Below, in pieces: positions 60,000 to 64,000 of a DNA stretch of 64,000 nt (position 1 is the first letter of the stretch; every line of letters starts with the position of its first letter). The position numbers and the translations under genes are program-made. The stretch is taken from contig OZ249447.1 of assembly GCA_965235115.1 (NCBI GenBank), forward strand, positions 13,392,001 through 13,456,000. Reading direction: 5' to 3'. The DNA comes from Laetmonice hystrix (Eukaryota). The notes beneath the pieces are model-generated. The model saw only the letters and a program-made list of their open reading frames with translations, was not told the DNA's origin and did not search any database.

Positions 60000-62900
60000 T
60001 CCACCAGAACTCCTGTCTATCTAACATATTCGGTGTATGGCTCCCTCTAGCGGAGATCCGCTGGATCGTGCGCCCCCTAGTGTCCATGTGACCTAGTAGT
60101 CAGATTTGAAATGACCACTGCTACCGCAGGACGTCTTCGTGAGTACCGTGGTTTTTTTCCTTATAGTTCTGTATTCCCTTTGGTCATTCCTGTCTATTTG
60201 TTGTTTGTAGTCTACCAGTATAGGTAGACGCACTACCTCCTTGTGTGGTAGAAGTTATTCAGCATGTTCCCTTAGTTATTCTAAGGGTCAGGTATACACT
60301 CCTTGTCGGCCTCTGTTAGTCCAGGTAAGCGAGGCCATGTTGACCGACAAGTTTTCCTCGGTTGGCCTTGTCTGACCAGGCGGAACGGTCAGCAGTGAGC
60401 CGGGGTGCACACTGTGCTTGCTCCAGGCAATGAAGCGTGTCACCCGCCCACCCACCCGCCGTGGTGGCTAAGGGTGTGACGTCACGCTCACGTCTCAATC
60501 AGCTGGTCAGTCCCGTGCAGGACTAGGTGGGTAAGCGTAAGGTCATGGATCCTCGACCTACGCACCCACCTGACCAGTCTGAATACGCTGATACGCCCAA
60601 TCACGCACAGCGGGTGGCGTACAGCGTAGGCACCGATCACTGGGTCGAAATGATAATGTCTCGGGATCGGTGCCTCGGGCTTCCCACGCGAGGAAGGGAA
60701 TTAAGCCCGTTGAGACGTTGAGACGATCACACGCAGACGTTCAGCGTCTCTGGATCGATCTCTTGACGCGAGGGGAGACTCGAGTTCGCCTCGAGCCAGA
60801 GCTCGAGCGACCGTTCTCCCCCTCGTCTGCGTCCGGGGGTCTCCTCGAGGAGGCCACCCGGGCCAGCCGCGCGAGCCCTGGATCCATCTCTTGACGCGAG
60901 GGGAGACTCGCGTTCGCCTCGAGCCAGAGCTCGAGCAACCGTTCTCCCCCTCGTCTGCGTCCGGTGGTCTCCTCGAGGAGGCCACCCGGGCCAGCCGCGC
61001 GAGGCGGCTCGGGATCGATCTCTTGACGCGAGGGGAGACTCGCGTTCGCCTCGAGCCAGAGCTCGAGCGACCGTTCTCCCCCTCGTCTGCGTCCGGTGGT
61101 CTCCTCGAGGAGACCACCCGGGCCAGCCGCGCAGACGCGCGTAGACAATCGGGGATTCTTCCTGAGATCGGGCATTTGTGCCTTCGGGCCTCGGTGCCTC
61201 GGGCATGCGAGGATTGAGATCTCTCGTATAGGCTCACTGAGACGATGTCGGGCAGTCGATCATTTGATGATCTGCGGTTCGATCCCCCGATCTGATCCGA
61301 TCTGATCAAGATCAGGCACCGAGCCTTACTCCAGTTCGTTCCTGGCTCGAGGTCGAGATCGTTACTCCTGCTTAGGCGGGAGAACTCCCGAATTTTGGGG
61401 TTATTTGCACCCGTCATGAATTAGGGATACAGTTTATCTCTCGCTAGGAGATGGCATCAAGTGGAAGATTTCCCCGCTTGATAGGCACAAGATTTGGCAG
61501 GTCCGTCGAGCTCGAGATCGATGAGATCGGGATCCAGTTAGGATCGGAATCCAGATCAGGATTGGGATAAGGATCAGGATCGGTGCCTGGAGCTAGAGAT
61601 CTAGGCCTAGGATACATGCGAGGAAAGAGTTCTCTCGCACTAAGTGCATTAAGAGACAAGATCGCACAGACGATTTTGTTTGTTGATCGATCTCCCCGTA
61701 ATGACTAGATCAAGATCGAGTTCGAGATCGATGCCTTGGCTAGAGATCTACATGCCAGGAAGATATCTCTCGCATCTAGACCATTGAGACGATATCGTGC
61801 AGGTGATATTTATTTATTTAATCCCCGAGGCGGCATCCAGACCGAGATCGGGAGCGTTCGCGATCGTCTGTACCTAGGAACGTCTCTTTCACGCGGGTCG
61901 TCGATCTCAGGATCGTTGCCCGGGTCAAGTTGGCCGTCGCACTAGACTTTGGGGTTTTCATAGGACAGCGTCGTCACCGTGGTCTGGTCTAGATCTTGGG
62001 ACCATGAGAGATGTCGATCAGTATAGGCCTATGGCCTAGGCTTACGCGACCGATCGAGGAGTGCTCTGTCGGCCAGGCAGCGTAATCGCGCCTCCCTCGC
62101 GGATCGGGGGAGTCAGTAGGCTAGAGGCGGCCTCTCTCTTGTATGCTTGCAGGGTCTCCGCAGCACCTTGAAGTCAAGTAAGCCTTGAAAATCTTTAAAT
62201 CGGCTTTTTTGGAAAATCCTAAATTTCCTGTTCTCTTTGTCCCCCCGCCTGACACATATGAAGTTATTTAAACTGGCTTGGGGACCATGATGGCACGAGG
62301 TAGAGTCCTTGTAGCGCCATCTATGGCTGTGAGTAGTCTATGGAAACGGTGGTAAAGATCAGACTATCTGGAAAACTGCATGTTGATACAGTTTTTAAAT
62401 TGAGAGACAAAGAAAAACATGGTGATTCAAAAGTTCTTTTTGAGTTAATCACATCGGATTAAGTAGAGTCCTATATGGTCTGTTATTTGTGGCGATTTGG
62501 CATGGATTGGTTGCCAATATCTAGACGGTTACGGGCAGAGTTTCGGGGGGTGTAGAGGATCTACGCTCAGTTTGTCCAACTATGGATCTTTTCACGGATC
62601 CCTTCCCCTTGTATCCTACTTCGGTCGGACGTTAGGGGAGATCAACCCCCGTTAATCCGTTTTTTATGGCGGAATGTACTCTGCATTCGGACCTTCCTGG
62701 TAGGGGGTTCTAGGTTGGACCCAAGGGACCTTTCTCTTGGACTGAAGGAGCCTTCGACCTTTTCAGTTCCAAAGTGCCCTTTCTTTGCTCAGGCAAACCG
62801 TGTTCGCCTAGTCACGGCGGCGGCCATCTAGGCCGACCTTGGTTATAGTCGCCGGAGGCTATATCTTTCGGCGATAGGACTAGGGCGGCCCTGGCCTTAT

Positions 62901-63236
62901 ACGTCACTCGGCATAGAGTTTGGTTTTTAATTCCTATCTACTCTATCCTGTTTCGCCGGGGTTCGACTCTAAGTCCTCAGTTTTGCATAGCCGTCTAGCG
63001 ATATAAGCCTGAGTTGGATCTGGACATTTTGGTTCGGAATTAAGCGTTCGCTTACAACGAAGCACACACAAGCGGTGAGCTTGCTTCATCAATTACCAGA
63101 TTCCTTGGACCCTGTCTGTTCTCAGGGAGTGATTGCGTCTGGAGTTTGTCGAGCCCGCCAGGTGTGGCCCATTCATCGGCTCACTCTCGCAGGGCCCTCC
63201 CTTTTTGTTTCCCTAAGTTCTAGCTAAAGAATAGGA
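60000..63236 (+). mobile_element. Probable 5' and gag-like portion of the same DIRS element (boundaries approximate)
   Basis: Abrupt switch to CpG- and GATC-rich sequence; + strand fragments such as RSRSSSRS and RDRERSRS suggest a decayed Arg/Ser-rich ORF1; directly upstream of the RT remnant; terminal repeats not identified. Confidence 0.45.
60752..61132. repeat. Three copies of a ~130-bp GC-rich tandem repeat
   Basis: ggatc(g/c)atctcttgacgcgaggggagactcg... starts at 60752, 60880 and 61012. Confidence 0.9.
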
Positions 63237-64000
63237 GAGATCAGGAAACTTCGAGAGAAAGGTGCAGTCGTCACTTTGGGGTCGGTAGTGAGTCCGCCCC
63301 GGGAATTATTTTCCTTCAACCCGTAGGGGTTCTCGAGAAACGTGGGGTGTCTCAGTGTCTATAGGTAGATACGATAGACACGATAGACATCGAGGACACT
63401 TTCTTGCACTAGAAGTTTCTCAGTGTTCCAACGACAGTCCATGTTTCCAGTTGGTAGTTCTGCCGTTCGGTCCGAGTTTACCTATAGCTGGCAACACAGT
63501 TGGGAAGCTGGACAGGTCGGAAGGGATGGAGCTTCATCCTTACATGGTGTGGCCCGTTCAGGCCACCCAGTTGCTCTCAGTTTTACCTCCCCTGGGATGG
63601 AGGATAAACCTAGGAAGTTGCACCGACAAGCTATGTCTGCAGTTTATCGGAGTTTCTTTTTTGAACTCAGGACCGCTTGGCAAACTGTATGGGTGACTGA
63701 TGCAGTTTGCGTTGTTGAGTGCGTGGCGCTCGAGCAGGGATTTCCTCGGCGGGTGCAGGGTTCTCCTTCCTCGGTCTCTGGCGCAGTTCCTCCAGTGGTG
63801 GATCGATCCACAGACTTTTCAGAGGGGTGTACTTTGGAATATCTAACCCCGGATGTTTCCCTTCTCCACAGATATCTCAGGGAGGTTTGTGAGCTATTTC
63901 CTAAATAGTTGGAGCGGGGTGTGGCACGGACACATATATGGTCTAGAATTAAAGGCAATTTTCCTAGGCTCTTCATCTCTTCGCCTGGCTCCCGACGCGA
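63237..64000 (+). mobile_element. Decayed DIRS-type (tyrosine-recombinase retrotransposon) RT/RNase H remnant, runs off the window end
   Basis: Motifs in the expected order: EIRKLREKGAV (63237), IDIEDTFLH*KF (63383), FQLVVLPFGPS (63445), LHPY with the DD lost (63532), LGWRIN...LQFIGVSF (63592-63660), LQWWIDP (63790), FSTDISG (63862), SGVW..HIYGLELKAIFLG (63913-63969); stops, a frameshift and deletions. Confidence 0.8.

Noticed and set aside
60701-61417. 238-aa, 159-aa and 144-aa ORFs on the - strand
   Set aside because: They are GC-rich, repeat-driven antisense frames over the element; the recognisable RT remnant is on the + strand.

Overview
Eukaryotic, intron-rich animal genomic DNA; no prokaryotic system, CRISPR array, rRNA or tRNA gene was seen. 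The dominant feature is one + strand gene for a DOCK-B subfamily Rac GEF (DOCK3/DOCK4, Drosophila Sponge-like). I reconstructed it by hand as 48 exons from 14159 to 59713 (5384 nt, about 1795 codons) with every splice phase consistent. It covers the helical region after the SH3 domain, DHR-1 (C2), the ARM/helical region, DHR-2 (GVIDAAVNGG nucleotide sensor) and a Ser/Pro-rich tail. The SH3-encoding 5' exons are not visible, so they presumably lie upstream of base 1; the true stop codon is uncertain. Almost all long ORFs in the supplied track are artefacts of minisatellites or intron read-through. The most interesting signals are in splicing architecture: an 18-nt in-frame microexon with UGC, strong branch point and UGCAUG motifs; a U12-type intron; a GC-AG intron; a tandemly duplicated 3' splice site that creates a poison decoy; and a 51-bp repeat that triplicates a 5' splice site in frame. 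About 10 kb (~16%) of the window is made of unrelated minisatellites, six of them with 43-48 bp units. The right end holds a decayed DIRS-type retrotransposon (RT/RNase H remnants). The host taxon cannot be read from the sequence; an invertebrate bilaterian such as a bivalve mollusc is my guess only.
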